Shown: positions 42,801 to 58,100 of the stretch, one piece after another | Layout: the number at the start of each line of letters is the position of its first letter | Position numbering within the stretch: the first letter of the stretch is position 1 | Source of the DNA: the human T2T-CHM13v2.0 reference genome, Homo sapiens | Reading direction: 5' to 3' (one strand) | Assembly (NCBI RefSeq): GCF_009914755.1 | Contig: NC_060925.1 | Length of the DNA stretch: 64,000 nucleotides | The notes under the pieces: generated by a model | Told to the model about the DNA's origin: nothing | Database searches by the model: none | The model's input: the letters and a program-made list of their open reading frames with translations, nothing else | Program-made: the position numbers and the translations under genes

Positions 42801-43640
42801 TGGAATCGAATAGAATTATGGAATGAAATCCAGTGTGATCATCATCGAATGGACCCGAATGGAATCATCATCCAACGGAAGCTAATGGAATCAACATCGA
42901 ATGAATCGAATGGAAACACCATCGAATTGAAACGAATGGAATTATCATGAAATTGAAATGGATGGACTCATCATCGGATGGATTCGAATGGAATCATCGA
43001 ATAAAATTGAATGAAATCATCATCGAATGGAATCGAATGGTATCATTGAATGGAATCGAATGGAATCATCATCAGATGGAAATGAATGGAATCGTCATAG
43101 AATGGAATCGAATGGATTCATTGAATGGAATCAGATGGAATCATCGAATGGACTGGAATGGAATCATTGAATGGACTCGAAAGGGATCATGATTGAATGG
43201 AATTGAATGGAATCATCGAATGGTCTCGATTGGAATCATTATCAAATGGAATCGAATGGAATCACCGAATAGAATCGAATGGAACAGTCATCGCATGGAC
43301 TCAAATGGAATTATCCTCAAATGGAATCGAATGGAATTATCGAATGCAATCGAATGGAATTATCGAATGCAATCGAATAGAATCATCGAATGGACTCGAA
43401 TGGAATCATCGAATGGAATGGAATGGAACAGTCAATGAACTCGAATGGAATCATCATTGAATGGAATCGAATGGAATCATCGAGTGGAATCGAATGGAAT
43501 TATGATCAAATGGAATCGAATGTAGTCATCATCAAATGGAATCAAAAATAACCATCATCAATTGGTATTGAATGGAATTGTCATCAAATGGAATTCAAAG
43601 GAATCATCATCAAATGGAACCGAATGGAATCCTCATTGAA

Positions 43641-45044
43641 TGGAAATGAAAGGGGTCATCATCTAATGGAATCGCATGGAATCATCATCAAATGGAATCG
43701 AATGGAATCATCATCAAATGGAATCTAATGGAATCATTGAACAGAATTGAATGGAATCGTCATCGAATGAATTGAATGCAATAATCGAATGGTCTCGAAT
43801 GGAATCATCTTCTAATGGAAAGGAATGGAATCATCGCATAGAATCGAATGGAATTATCATCGAATGGAATCGAATGGTATCAACACCAAACGGAAAAAAA
43901 CGGAATTATCGAATGGAATCGAAGAGAATCTTCGAACGGACCCGAATGGAATCATCTAATGGAATGGAATGGAATAATCCATGGACTCGAATGCAATCAT
44001 CATCGAATGGAATCGAATGGAATCATCGAATGGACTCGAATGGAATAATCATTGAACGGAATCGATTGGAATCATCATCGGATGGAAACGAATGGAATCA
44101 TCATCGAATGGAAATGAAAGGAGTCATCATCTAATGGAATTGCATGGAATCATCATAAAATGGAATCGAATGGAATCAACATCAAATGGAATCAAATGGA
44201 ATCATTGAACGGAATTGAATGGAATCGTCATCGAATGAATTGACTGCAATCATCCAATGGTCTCGAATGGAATCATCTTCAAATGGAATGGAATGGAATC
44301 ATCGCATAGAATCGAATGGAATTATCATCGAATGGAATCGAATGGAATCAACATCCAACGGAAAAAAACGGAATTATCGAATGGAATCGAAGAGAATCAT
44401 CGAATGGACCCGAATGGAATCATCTAATGGAATGGAATGGAATAATCCATGGACTCGAATGCAATCATCATCGAATGGAATCGAATGGAATCATCGAATG
44501 GACTCGAATGGAATAATCATTGAACGGAATCGAATGGAATCATCATCGGATGGAAACGAATGGAATCATCATCGAATGGAAATGAAAGGAGTCATCATCT
44601 AATGGAATTGCATGGAATCATCATAAAATGGAATCGAATGGAATCAACATCAAATGGAATCAAATGGAATCATTGAACGGAATTGAATGGAATCGTCATC
44701 GAATGAATTGACTGCAATCATCCAATGGTCTCGAATGGAATCATCTTCAAATGGAATGGAATGGAATCGTCGCATAGAATCGAATGGAATTATCATCGAA
44801 TGGAATCGAATGGAATCAACATCAAACGGAAAAAAACGGAATTATCAAATGGAATCGAAGAGAATCATCGAATGGACCCGAATGGAATCATCTAATGGAA
44901 TGGAATGGAATAATCCATGGACTCGAATGCAATCATCATCGAATGGAATCGAATGGAATCATCGAATGGACTCGAATGGAATAATCATTGAACGGAATCG
45001 AATGGAATCATCATCGGATGGAAACGAATGGAATCATCATCGAA
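43641..45044 (+). repeat. Three tandem 468-bp modules (2,244-bp unit), copy 2
   Basis: Module ORF starts at 43751, 44219 and 44687. Confidence 0.95.
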
Positions 45045-48000
45045 TGGAATCGAATAGAATTATGGAATGAAATCCAGTGTGATCATCATCGAATGGACCC
45101 GAATGGAATCATCATCCAACGGAAGCTAATGGAATCAACATCGAATGAATCGAATGGAAACACCATCGAATTGAAACGAATGGAATTATCATGAAATTGA
45201 AATGGATGGACTCATCATCGAATGGATTCGAATGGAATCATCGAATAAAATTGAATGAAATCATCATCGAATGGAATCGAATGGTATCATTGAATGGAAT
45301 CGAATGGAATCATCATCAGATGGAAATGAATGGAATCGTCATAGAATGGAATCGAATGGATTCATTGAATGGAATCAGATGGAATCATCGAATGGACTGG
45401 AATGGAATCATTGAATGGACTCGAAAGGGATCATTATTGAATGGAATTGAATGGAATCATCGAATGGTCTCGATTGGAATCATTATCAAATGGAATCGAA
45501 TGGAATCACCGAATAGAATCGAATGGAACAGTCATCGCATGGACTCAAATGGAATTATCCTCAAATGGAATCGAATGGAATTATCGAATGCAATCGAATG
45601 GAATTATCGAATGCAATCGAATAGAATCATCGAATGGACTCGAATGGAATCATCGAATGGAATGGAATGGAACAGTTAATGAACTCGAATGGAATCATCA
45701 TTGAATGGAATCGAATGGAATCATCGAGTGGAATCGAATGGAATTATGATCAAATGGAATCGAATGTAATCATCATCAAATGGAATCAAAAATAACCATC
45801 AACAATTGGTATTGAATGGAATTGTCATCAAATGGAATTCAAAGGAATCATCATCAAATGGAACCGAATGGAATCCTCATTGAATGGAAATGAAAGGGGT
45901 CATCATCTAATGGAATCGCATGGAATCATCATCAAATGGAATCGAATGGAATCATCATCAAATGGAATCTAATGGAATCATTGAACAGAATTGAATGGAA
46001 TCGTCATCGAATGAATTGAATGCAATCATCGAATGGTCTCGAATGGAATCATCTTCTAATGGAAAGGAATGGAATCATCGCATAGAATCGAATGGAATTA
46101 TCATCGAATGGAATCGAATGGTATCAACACCAAACGGAAAAAAACGGAATTATCGAATGGAATCGAAGAGAATCTTCGAACGGACCCGAATGGAATCATC
46201 TAATGGAATGGAATGGAATAATCCATGGACTCGAATGCAATCATCATCGAATGGAATGGAATGGAATCATCGAATGGACTCGAATGGAATAATCATTGAA
46301 CGGAATCGAATGGAATCATCATCGGATGGAAACGAATGGAATCATCATCGAATGGAAATGAAAGGAGTCATCATCTAATGGGATTGCATGGAATCATCAT
46401 AAAATGGAATCGAATGGAATCAACATCAAATGGAATCAAATGGAATCATTGAACGGAATTGAATGGAATCGTCATCGAATGAATTGACTGCAATCATCGA
46501 ATGGTCTCGAATGGAATCATCTTCAAATGGAATGGAATGGAATCATCGCATAGAATCGAATGGAATTATCATCGAATGGAATCGAATGGAATCAACATCA
46601 AACGGAAAAAAACAGAATTATCGTATGGAATCGAAGAGAATCATCGAATGGACCCGAATGGAATCATCTAATGGAATGGAATGGAATAATCCATGGACTC
46701 GAATGCAATCATCATCGAATGGAATCGAATGGAATCATCGAATGGACTCGAATGGAATAATCATTGAACGGAATCGAATGGAATCATCATCGGATGGAAA
46801 TGAATGGAATCATCATCGAATGGAATCGAATAGAATTATGGAATGAAATCCAGTGTGATCATCATCGAATGGACCCGAATGGAATCATCATCCAACGGAA
46901 GCTAATGGAATCAACATCGAATGAATCGAATGGAAACACCATCGAATTGAAACGAATGGAATTATCATGAAATTGAAATGGATGGACTCATCATCGAATG
47001 GATTCGAATGGAATCATCGAATAAAATTGATTGAAATCATCATCGAATGGAATCGAATGGTATCATTGAATGGAATCGAATGGAATCATCATCAGATGGA
47101 AATGAATGGAATCGTCATAGAATGGAATCGAATGGATTCATTGAATGGAATCAGATGGAATCATCGAATGGACTGGAATGGAATCATTGAATGGACTCGA
47201 AAGGGATCATTATTGAATGGAATTGAATGGAATCATCGAATGGTCTCGATTGGAATCATTATCAAATGGAATCGAATGGAATCACCGAATAGAATCGAAT
47301 GGAACAATCATCGAATGGACTCAAATGGAATTATCCTCAAATGGAATCGAATGGAATTATTGAATGCAATCGAATGGAATTATCGAATGCAATCGAATAG
47401 AATCATCGAATGGACTCGAATGGAATCATCGAATGGAATGGAATGGAACAGTCAATGAACTCGAATGGAATCATCATTGAATGGAATCGAATGGAATCAT
47501 CGAGTGGAATCGAATGGAATTATGATCAAATGGAATCGAATGTAATCATCATCAAATGGAATCAAAAATAACCATCATCAATTGGTATTGAATGGAATTG
47601 TCATCAAATGGAATTCAAAGGAATCATCATCAAATGGAACCGAATGGAATCCTCATTGAATGGAAATGAAAGGGGTCATCATCTAATGGAATCGCATGGA
47701 ATCATCATCAAATGGAATCGAATGGAATCATCATCAAATGGAATCTAATGGAATCATTGAACAGAATTGAATGGAATCGTCATCGAATGAATTGAATGCA
47801 ATAATCGAATGGTCTCGAATGGAATCATCTTCTAATGGAAAGGAATGGAATCATCGCATAGAATCGAATGGAATTATCATCGAATGGAATCGAATGGTAT
47901 CAACACCAAACGGAAAAAAACGGAATTATCGAATGGAATCGAAGAGAATCTTCGAACGGACCCGAATGGAATCATCTAATGGAATGGAATGGAATAATCC

Positions 48001-48599
48001 ATGGACTCGAATGCAATCATCATCGAATGGAATCGAATGGAATCATCGAATGGACTCGAATGGAATAATCATTGAACGGAATCGATTGGAATCATCATCG
48101 GATGGAAACGAATGGAATCATCATCGAATGGAAATGAAAGGAGTCATCATCTAATGGAATTGCATGGAATCATCATAAAATGGAATCGAATGGAATCAAC
48201 ATCAAATGGAATCAAATGGAATCATTGAACGGAATTGAATGGAATCGTCATCGAATGAATTGACTGCAATCATCGAATGGTCTCGAATGGAATCATCTTC
48301 AAATGGAATGGAATGGAATCATCGCATAGAATCGAATGGAATTATCATCGAATGGAATCGAATGGAATCAACATCCAACGGAAAAAAACGGAATTATCGA
48401 ATGGAATCGAAGAGAATCATCGAATGGACCCGAATGGAATCATCTAATGGAATGGAATGGAATAATCCATGGACTCGAATGCAATCATCATCGAATGGAA
48501 TCGAATGGAATCATAGAATGGACTCGAATGGAATAATCATTGAACGGAATCGAATGGAATCATCATTGGATGGAAATGAATGGAATCATCATCGAATGG

Positions 48600-51500
48600 A
48601 ATCGAATAGAATTATGGAATGAAATCCAGTGTGATCATCATCGAATGGACCCGAATGGAATCATCATCCAACGGAAGCTAATGGAATCAACATCGAATGA
48701 ATCAAATGGAAACACCATCGAATTGAAACGAATGGAATTAACATGAAATTGAAATGGATGGACTCATCATCGAATGGATTCGAATGGAATCATCGAATAA
48801 AATTGATTGAAATCATCATCGAATGGAATCGAATGGTATCATTGAATGGAATCGAATGGAATCATCATCAGATGGAAATGAATGGAATCGTCATAGAATG
48901 GAATCGAATGGATTCATTGAATGGAATCAGATGGAATCATCGAATGGACTGGAATGGAATCATTGAATGGACTCGAAAGGGATCATGATTGAATGGAATT
49001 GAATGGAATCATCGAATGGTCTCGATTGGAATCATTATCAAATGGAATCGAATGGAATCACCGAATAGAATCGAATGGAACAATCATCGAATGGACTCAA
49101 ATGGAATTATCCTCCAATGGAATCGAATGGAATTATCGAATGCAATCGAATGGAATTATCCAATGCAATCGAATAGAATCATCGAATGGACTCGAATGGA
49201 ATCATCGAATGGAATGGAATGGAACAGTCAATGAACTCGAATGGAATCATCATTGAATGGAATCGAATGGAATCATCGAGTGGAATCGAATGGAATTATG
49301 ATCAAATGGAATCGAATGTAATCATCATCAAATGGAATCAAAAATAACCATCATCAATTGGTATTGAATGGAATTGTCATCAAATGGAATTCAAAGGAAT
49401 CATCATCAAATGGAACCGAATGGAATCCTCATTGAATGGAAATGAAAGGGGTCATCATCTAATGGAATCGCATGGAATCATCATCAAATGGAATCGAATG
49501 GAATCATCATCAAATGGAATCTAATGGAATCATTGAACAGAATTGAATGGAATCGTCATCGAATGAATTGAATGCAATCATCGAATGGTCTCGAATGGAA
49601 TCATCTTCTAATGGAAAGGAATGGAATCATCGCATAGAATCGAATGGAATTATCATCGAATGGAATCGAATGGTATCAACACCAAACGGAAAAAAACGGA
49701 ATTATCGAATGGAATCGAAGAGAATCTTCGAACGGACCCGAATGGAATCATCTAATGGAATGGAATGGAATAATCCATGGACTCGAATGCAATCATCATC
49801 GAATGGAATGGAATGGAATCATCGAATGGACTCGAATGGAATAATCATTGAACGGAATCGAATGGAATCATCATCGGATGGAAACGAATGGAATCATCAT
49901 CGAATGGAAATGAAAGGAGTCATCATCTAATGGAATTGCATGGAATCATCATCAAATGGAATCGAATGGAATCAACATCAAATGGAATCAAATGGAATCA
50001 TTGAACGGAATTGAATGGAATCGTCATCGAATGAATTGACTGCAATCATCGAATGGTCTCGAATGGAATCATCTTCAAATGGAATGGAATGGAATCATCG
50101 CATAGAATCGAATGGAATTATCATCGAATGGAATCGAATGGAATCAACATCAAACGGAAAAATACGGAATTATCGAATGGAATCGAAGAGAATCATAGAA
50201 TGGACCCGAATGGAATCATCTAATGGAATGGAATGGAATAATCCATGGACTCGAATGCAATCATCATCGAATGGAATCGAATGGAATCATCGAATGGACT
50301 CGAATGGAATAATCATTGAACGGAATCGAATGGAATCATCATCGGATGGAAATGAATGGAATCATCATCGAATGGAATCGAATAGAATTATGGAATGAAA
50401 TCCAGTGTGATCATCATCGAATGGACCCGAATGGAATCATCATCCAACGGAAGCTAATGGAATCAACATCGAATGAATCAAATGGAAACACCATCGAATT
50501 GAAACGAATGGAATTAACATGAAATTGAAATGGATGGACTCATCATCGAATGGATTCGAATGGAATCATCGAATAAAATTGATTGAAATCATCATCGAAT
50601 GGAATCGAATGGTATCATTGAATGGAATCGAATGGAATCATCATCAGATGGAAATGAATGGAATCGTCATAGAATGGAATCGAATGGATTCATTGAATGG
50701 AATCAGATGGAATCATCGAATGGACTGGAATGGAATCATTGAATGGACTCGAAAGGGATCATGATTGAATGGAATTGAATGGAATCATCGAATGGTCTCG
50801 ATTGGAATCATTATCAAATGGAATCGAATGGAATCACCGAATAGAATCGAATGGAACAATCATCGAATGGACTCAAATGGAATTATCCTCCAATGGAATC
50901 GAATGGAATTATCGAATGCAATCGAATGGAATTATCCAATGCAATCGAATAGAATCATCGAATGGACTCGAATGGAATCATCGAATGGAATGGAATGGAA
51001 CAGTCAATGAACTCGAATGGAATCATCATTGAATGGAATCGAATGGAATCATCGAGTGGAATCGAATGGAATTATGATCAAATGGAATCGAATGTAATCA
51101 TCATCAAATGGAATCAAAAATAACCATCATCAATTGGTATTGAATGGAATTGTCATCAAATGGAATTCAAAGGAATCATCATCAAATGGAACCGAATGGA
51201 ATCCTCATTGAATGGAAATGAAAGGGGTCATCATCTAATGGAATCGCATGGAATCATCATCAAATGGAATCGAATGGAATCATCATCAAATGGAATCTAA
51301 TGGAATCATTGAACAGAATTGAATGGAATCGTCATCGAATGAATTGAATGCAATCATCGAATGGTCTCGAATGGAATCATCTTCTAATGGAAAGGAATGG
51401 AATCATCGCATAGAATCGAATGGAATTATCATCGAATGGAATCGAATGGTATCAACACCAAACGGAAAAAAACGGAATTATCGAATGGAATCGAAGAGAA

Positions 51501-52150
51501 TCTTCGAACGGACCCGAATGGAATCATCTAATGGAATGGAATGGAATAATCCATGGACTCGAATGCAATCATCATCGAATGGAATGGAATGGAATCATCG
51601 AATGGACTCGAATGGAATAATCATTGAACGGAATCGAATGGAATCATCATCGGATGGAAACGAATGGAATCATCATCGAATGGAAATGAAAGGAGTCATC
51701 ATCTAATGGAATTGCATGGAATCATCATCAAATGGAATCGAATGGAATCAACATCAAATGGAATCAAATGGAATCATTGAACGGAATTGAATGGAATCGT
51801 CATCGAATGAATTGACTGCAATCATCGAATGGTCTCGAATGGAATCATCTTCAAATGGAATGGAATGGAATCATCGCATAGAATCGAATGGAATTATCAT
51901 CGAATGGAATCGAATGGAATCAACATCAAACGGAAAAATACGGAATTATCGAATGGAATCGAAGAGAATCATAGAATGGACCCGAATGGAATCATCTAAT
52001 GGAATGGAATGGAATAATCCATGGACTCGAATGCAATCATCATCGAATGGAATCGAATGGAATCATCGAATGGACTCGAATGGAATAATCATTGAACGGA
52101 ATCGAATGGAATCATCATCGGATGGAAATGAATGGAATCATCATCGAATG
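48600..52150 (+). repeat. Recent single-unit (1,776 bp) tandem duplication
   Basis: Adjacent units share GAATTAACATG (~48741/50517), TTATCCAATGC (~49161/50937), AAAATACGG (~50163/51939) and AATCATAGAATGGACCC (~50197/51973). Confidence 0.85.
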
Positions 52151-55100
52151 GAATCGAATAGAATTATGGAATGAAATCCAGTGTGATCATCATCGAATGG
52201 ACCCGAATGGAATCATCATCCAACGGAAGCTAATGGAATCAACATCGAATGAATCGAATGGAAACACCATCGAATTGAAACGAATGGAATTATCATGAAA
52301 TTGAAATGGATGGACTCATCATCGAATGGATTCGAATGGAATCATCGAATAAAATTGATTGAAATCATCATCGAATGGAATCGAATGGTATCATTGAATG
52401 GAATCGAATGGAATCATCATCAGATGGAAATGAATGGAATCGTCATAGAATGGAATCGAATGGATTCATTGAATGGAATCAGATGGAATCATCGAATGGA
52501 CTGGAATGGAATCATTGAATGGACTCGAAAGGGATCATGATTGAATGGAATTGAATGGAATCATCGAATGGTCTCGATTGGAATCATTATCAAATGGAAT
52601 CGAATGGAATCACCGAATAGAATCGAATGGAACAATCATCGAATGGACTCAAATGGAATTATCCTCAAATGGAATCGAATGGAATTATCGAATGCAATCG
52701 AATGGAATTATCGAATGCAATCGAATAGAATCATCGAAAGGACTCGAATGGAATCATCGAATGGAATGGAATGGAACAGTCAATGAACTCGAATGGAATC
52801 ATCATTGAATGGAATCGAATGGAATCATCGAGTGGAATCGAATGGAATTATGATCTAATGGAATCGAATGTAATCATCATCAAATGGAATCAAAAATAAC
52901 CATCATCAATTGGTATTGAATGGAATTGTCATCAAATGGAATTCAAAGGAATCATCATCAAATGGAACCGAATGGAATCCTCATTGAATGGAAATGAAAG
53001 GGGTCATCATCTAATGGAATCGCATGGAATCATCATCAAATGGAATCGAATGGAATCATCATCAAATGGAATCTAATGGAATCATTGAACAGAATTGAAT
53101 GGAATCGTCATCGAATGAATTGAATGCAATCATCGAATGGTCTCGAATGGAATCATCTTCTAATGGAAAGGAATGGAATCATCGCATAGAATCGAATGGA
53201 ATTATCATCGAATGGAATCGAATGGTATCAACACCAAACGGAAAAAAACGGAATTATTGAATGGAATCGAAGAGAATCTTCGAACGGACCCGAATGGAAT
53301 CATCTAATGGAATGGAATGGAATAATCCATGGACTCGAATGCAATCATCATCGAATGGAATGGAATGGAATCATCGAATGGACTCGAATGGAATAATCAT
53401 TGAACGGAATCGAATGGAATCATCATCGGATGGAAACGAATGGAATCATCATCGAATGGAAATGAAAGGAGTCATCATCTAATGGAATTGCATGGAATCA
53501 TCATAAAATGGAATCGAATGGAATCAACATCAAATGGAATCAAATGGAATCATTGAACGGAATTGAATGGAATCGTCATCGAATGAATTGACTGCAATCA
53601 TCGAATGGTCTCGAATGGAATCATCTTCAAATGGAATGGAATGGAATCATCGCATAGAATCGAATGGAATTATCATCGAATGGAATCGAATGGAATCAAT
53701 ATCAAACGGAAAAAAACGGAATTATCGAATGGAATCGAAGAGAATCATCGAATGGACCCGAATGGAATCATCTAATGGAATGGAATGGAATAATCCATGG
53801 ACTCGAATGCAATCATCATCGAATGGAATCGAATGGAATCATCGAATGGACTCGAATGGAATAATCATTGAACGGAATAGAATGGAATCATCATCGGATG
53901 GAAATGAATGGAATCATCATCGAATGGAATCGAATAGAATTATGGAATGAAATCCAGTGTGATCATCATCGAATGGACCCGAATGGAATCATCATCCAAC
54001 GGAAGCTAATGGAATCAACATCGAATGAATCGAATGGAAACACCATCGAATTGAAACGAATGGAATTATCATGAAATTGAAATGGATGGACTCATCATCG
54101 AATGGATTCGAATGGAATCATCGAATAAAATTGATTGAAATCATCATCGAATGGAATCGAATGGTATCATTGAATGGAATCGAATGGAATCATCATCAGA
54201 TGGAAATGAATGGAATCGTCATAGAATGGAATCGAATGGATTCATTGAATGGAATCAGATGGAATCATCGAATGGACTGGAATGGAATCATTGAATGGAC
54301 TCGAAAGGGATCATGATTGAATGGAATTGAATGGAATCATCGAATGGTCTCGATTGGAATCATTATCAAATGGAATCGAATGGAATCACCGAATAGAATC
54401 GAATGGAACAATCATCGAATGGACTCAAATGGAATTATCCTCAAATGGAATCGAATGGAATTATCGAATGCAATCGAATGGAATTATCGAATGCAATCGA
54501 ATAGAATCATCGAAAGGACTCGAATGGAATCATCGAATGGAATGGAATGGAACAGTCAATGAACTCGAATGGAATCATCATTGAATGGAATCGAATGGAA
54601 TCATCGAGTGGAATCGAATGGAATTATGATCAAATGGAATCGAATGTAATCATCATCAAATGGAATCAAAAATAACCATCATCAATTGGTATTGAATGGA
54701 ATTGTCATCAAATGGAATTCAAAGGAATCATCATCAAATGGAACCGAATGGAATCCTCATTGAATGGAAATGAAAGGGGTCATCATCTAATGGAATCGCA
54801 TGGAATCATCATCAAATGGAATCGAATGGAATCATCATCAAATGGAATCTAATGGAATCATTGAACAGAATTGAATGGAATCGTCATCGAATGAATTGAA
54901 TGCAATCATCGAATGGTCTCGAATGGAATCATCTTCTAATGGAAAGGAATGGAATCATCGCATAGAATCGAATGGAATTATCATCGAATGGAATCGAATG
55001 GTATCAACACCAAACGGAAAAAAACGGAATTATCGAATGGAATCGAAGAGAATCTTCGAACGGACCCGAATGGAATCATCTAATGGAATGGAATGGAATA

Positions 55101-58100
55101 ATCCATGGACTCGAATGCAATCATCATCGAATGGAATGGAATGGAATCATCGAATGGACTCGAATGGAATAATCATTGAACGGAATCGAATGGAATCATC
55201 ATCGGATGGAAACGAATGGAATCATCATCGAATGGAAATGAAAGGAGTCATCATCTAATGGAATTGCATGGAATCATCATCAAATGGAATCGAATGGAAT
55301 CAACATCAAATGGAATCAAATGGAATCATTGAACGGAATTGAATGGAATCGTCATCGAATGAATTGACTGCAATCATCGAATGGTCTCGAATGGAATCAT
55401 CTTCAAATGGAATGGAATGGAATCATCGCATAGAATCGAATGGAATTATCATCGAATGGAATCGAATGGAATCAACATCAAACGGAAAAAAACGGAATTA
55501 TCGAATGGAATCGAAGAGGATCATCGAATGGACCCGAATGGAATCATCTAATGGAATGGAATGGAATAATCCATGGACTCGAATGCAATCATCATCGAAT
55601 GGAATCGAATGGAATCATCGAATGGACTCGAATGGAATAATCATTGAACGGAATCGAATGGAATCATCATCGGATGGAAATGAATGGAATCATCATCGAA
55701 TGGAATCGAATAGAATTATGGAATGAAATCCAGTGTGATCATCATCGAATGGACCCGAATGGAATCATCATCCAACGGAAGCTAATGGAATCAACATCGA
55801 ATGAATCGAATGGAAACACCATCGAATTGAAACGAATGGAATTATCATGAAATTGAAATGGATGGACTCATCATCGAATGGATTCGAATGGAATCATCGA
55901 ATAAAATTGATTGAAATCATCATCCAATGGAATCGAATGGTATCATTGAATGGAATCGAATGGAATCATCATCAGATGGAAATGAATGGAATCTTCATAG
56001 AATGGAATCGAATGGATTCATTGAATGGAATCAGATGGAATCATCGAATGGACTGGAATGGAATCATTGAATGGACTCGAAAGGGATCATTATTGAATGG
56101 AATTGAATGGAATCATCGAATGGTCTCGATTGGAATCATTATCAAATGGAATCGAATGGAATCACCGAATAGAATCGAATGGAACAATCATCGAATGGGC
56201 TCAAATGGAATTATCCTCCAATGGAATCGAATGGAATTATCGAATGCAATCGAATGGAATTATCGAATGCAATCGAATAGAATCATCGAATGGACTCGAA
56301 TGGAATCATCGAATGGAATGGAATGGAACAGTCAATGAACTCGAATGGAATCATCATTGAATGGAATCGAATGGAATCATCGAGTGGAATCGAATGGAAT
56401 TATGATCAAATGAAATCGAATGTAATCATCATCAAATGGAATCAAAAATAACCATCATCAATTGGTATTGAATGGAATTGTCATCAAATGGAATTCAAAG
56501 GAATCATCATCAAATGGAACCGAATGGAATCCTCATTGAATGGAAATGAAAGGGGTCATCATCTAATGGAATCGCATGGAATCATCATCAAATGGAATCG
56601 AATGGAATCATCATCAAATGGAATCTAATGGAATCATTGAACAGAATTGAATGGAATCGTCATCGAATGAATTGAATGCAATCATCGAATGGTCGCGAAT
56701 GGAATCATCTTCTAATGGAAAGGAATGGAATCATCGCATAGAATCGAATGGAATTATCATCGAATGGAATCGAATGGTATCAACACCAAACGGAAAAAAA
56801 CGGAATTATCGAATGGAATCGAAGAGAATCTTCGTACGGACCCGAATGGAATCATCTAATGGAATGCAATGGAATAATCCATGGACTCGAATGCAATCAT
56901 CATCGAATGGAATCGAATGGAATCATCGAATGGACTCGAATGGAATAATCATTGAACGGAATCGAATGGAATCATCATCGGATGGAAACGAATGGAATCA
57001 TCATCGAATGGAAATGAAAGGAGTCATCATCTAATGGAATTGCATGGAATCATCATCAAATGGAATCGAATGGAATCAACATCAAATGGAATCAAATGGA
57101 ATCATTGAACGGAATTGAATGGAATCGTCATCGAATGAATTGACTGCAATCATCGAATGGTCTCGAATGGAATCATCTTCAAATGGAATGGAATGGAATC
57201 ATCGCATAGAATCGAATGGAATTATCATCGAATGGAATCGAATGGAATCAACATCAAACGGAAAAAAACGGAATTATCGAATGGAATCGAAGAGAATCAT
57301 CGAATGGACCCGAATGGAATCATCTAATGGAATGGAATGGAATAATCCATGGACTCGAATGCAATCATCATCGAATGGAATCGAATGGAATCATCGAATG
57401 GACTCGAATGGAATAATCATTGAACGGAATCGAATGGAATCATCATCGGATGGAAATGAATGGAATCATCACCGAATGGAATCGAATAGAATTATGGAAT
57501 GAAATCCAGTGTGATCATCATCGAATGGACCCGAATGGAATCATCATCCAACGGAAGCTAATGGAATCAACATCGAATGAATCGAATGGAAACACCATCG
57601 AATTGAAACGAATGGAATTATCATGAAATTGAAATGGATGGACTCATCATCGAATGGATTCGAATGGAATCATCGAATAAAATTGATTGAAATCATCATC
57701 GAATGGAATCGAATGGTATCATTGAATGGAATCGAATGGAATCATCATCAGATGGAAATGAATGGAATCGTCATAGAATGGAATCGAATGGATTCATTGA
57801 ATGGAATCAGATGGAATCATCGAATGGACTGGAATGGAATCATTGAATGGACTCGAAAGGGATCATGATTGAATGGAATTGAATGGAATCATCGAATGGT
57901 CTCGATTGGAATCATTATCAAATGGAATCGAATGGAATCACCGAATAGAATCGAATGGAACAATCATCGAATGGACTCAAATGGAATTATCCTCAAATGG
58001 AATCGAATGGAATTATCGAATGCAATCGAATGGAATTATCGAATGCAATCGAATAGAATCATCGAAAGGACTCGAATGGAATCATCGAATGGAATGGAAT

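Larger units (their letters stand above)
26640..49076 (+). repeat. ~11.2-kb tandem macro-duplication (copy 1 ~26640-37833, copy 2 ~37834-49076)
   Basis: The unit-length series 1799, 1727/1776, 3648, 2244, 1776 occurs twice. The offset is 11,243 bp (28860->40103, 32508->43751, 36528->47771), with more than 10 shared rare SNVs. Confidence 0.92.
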
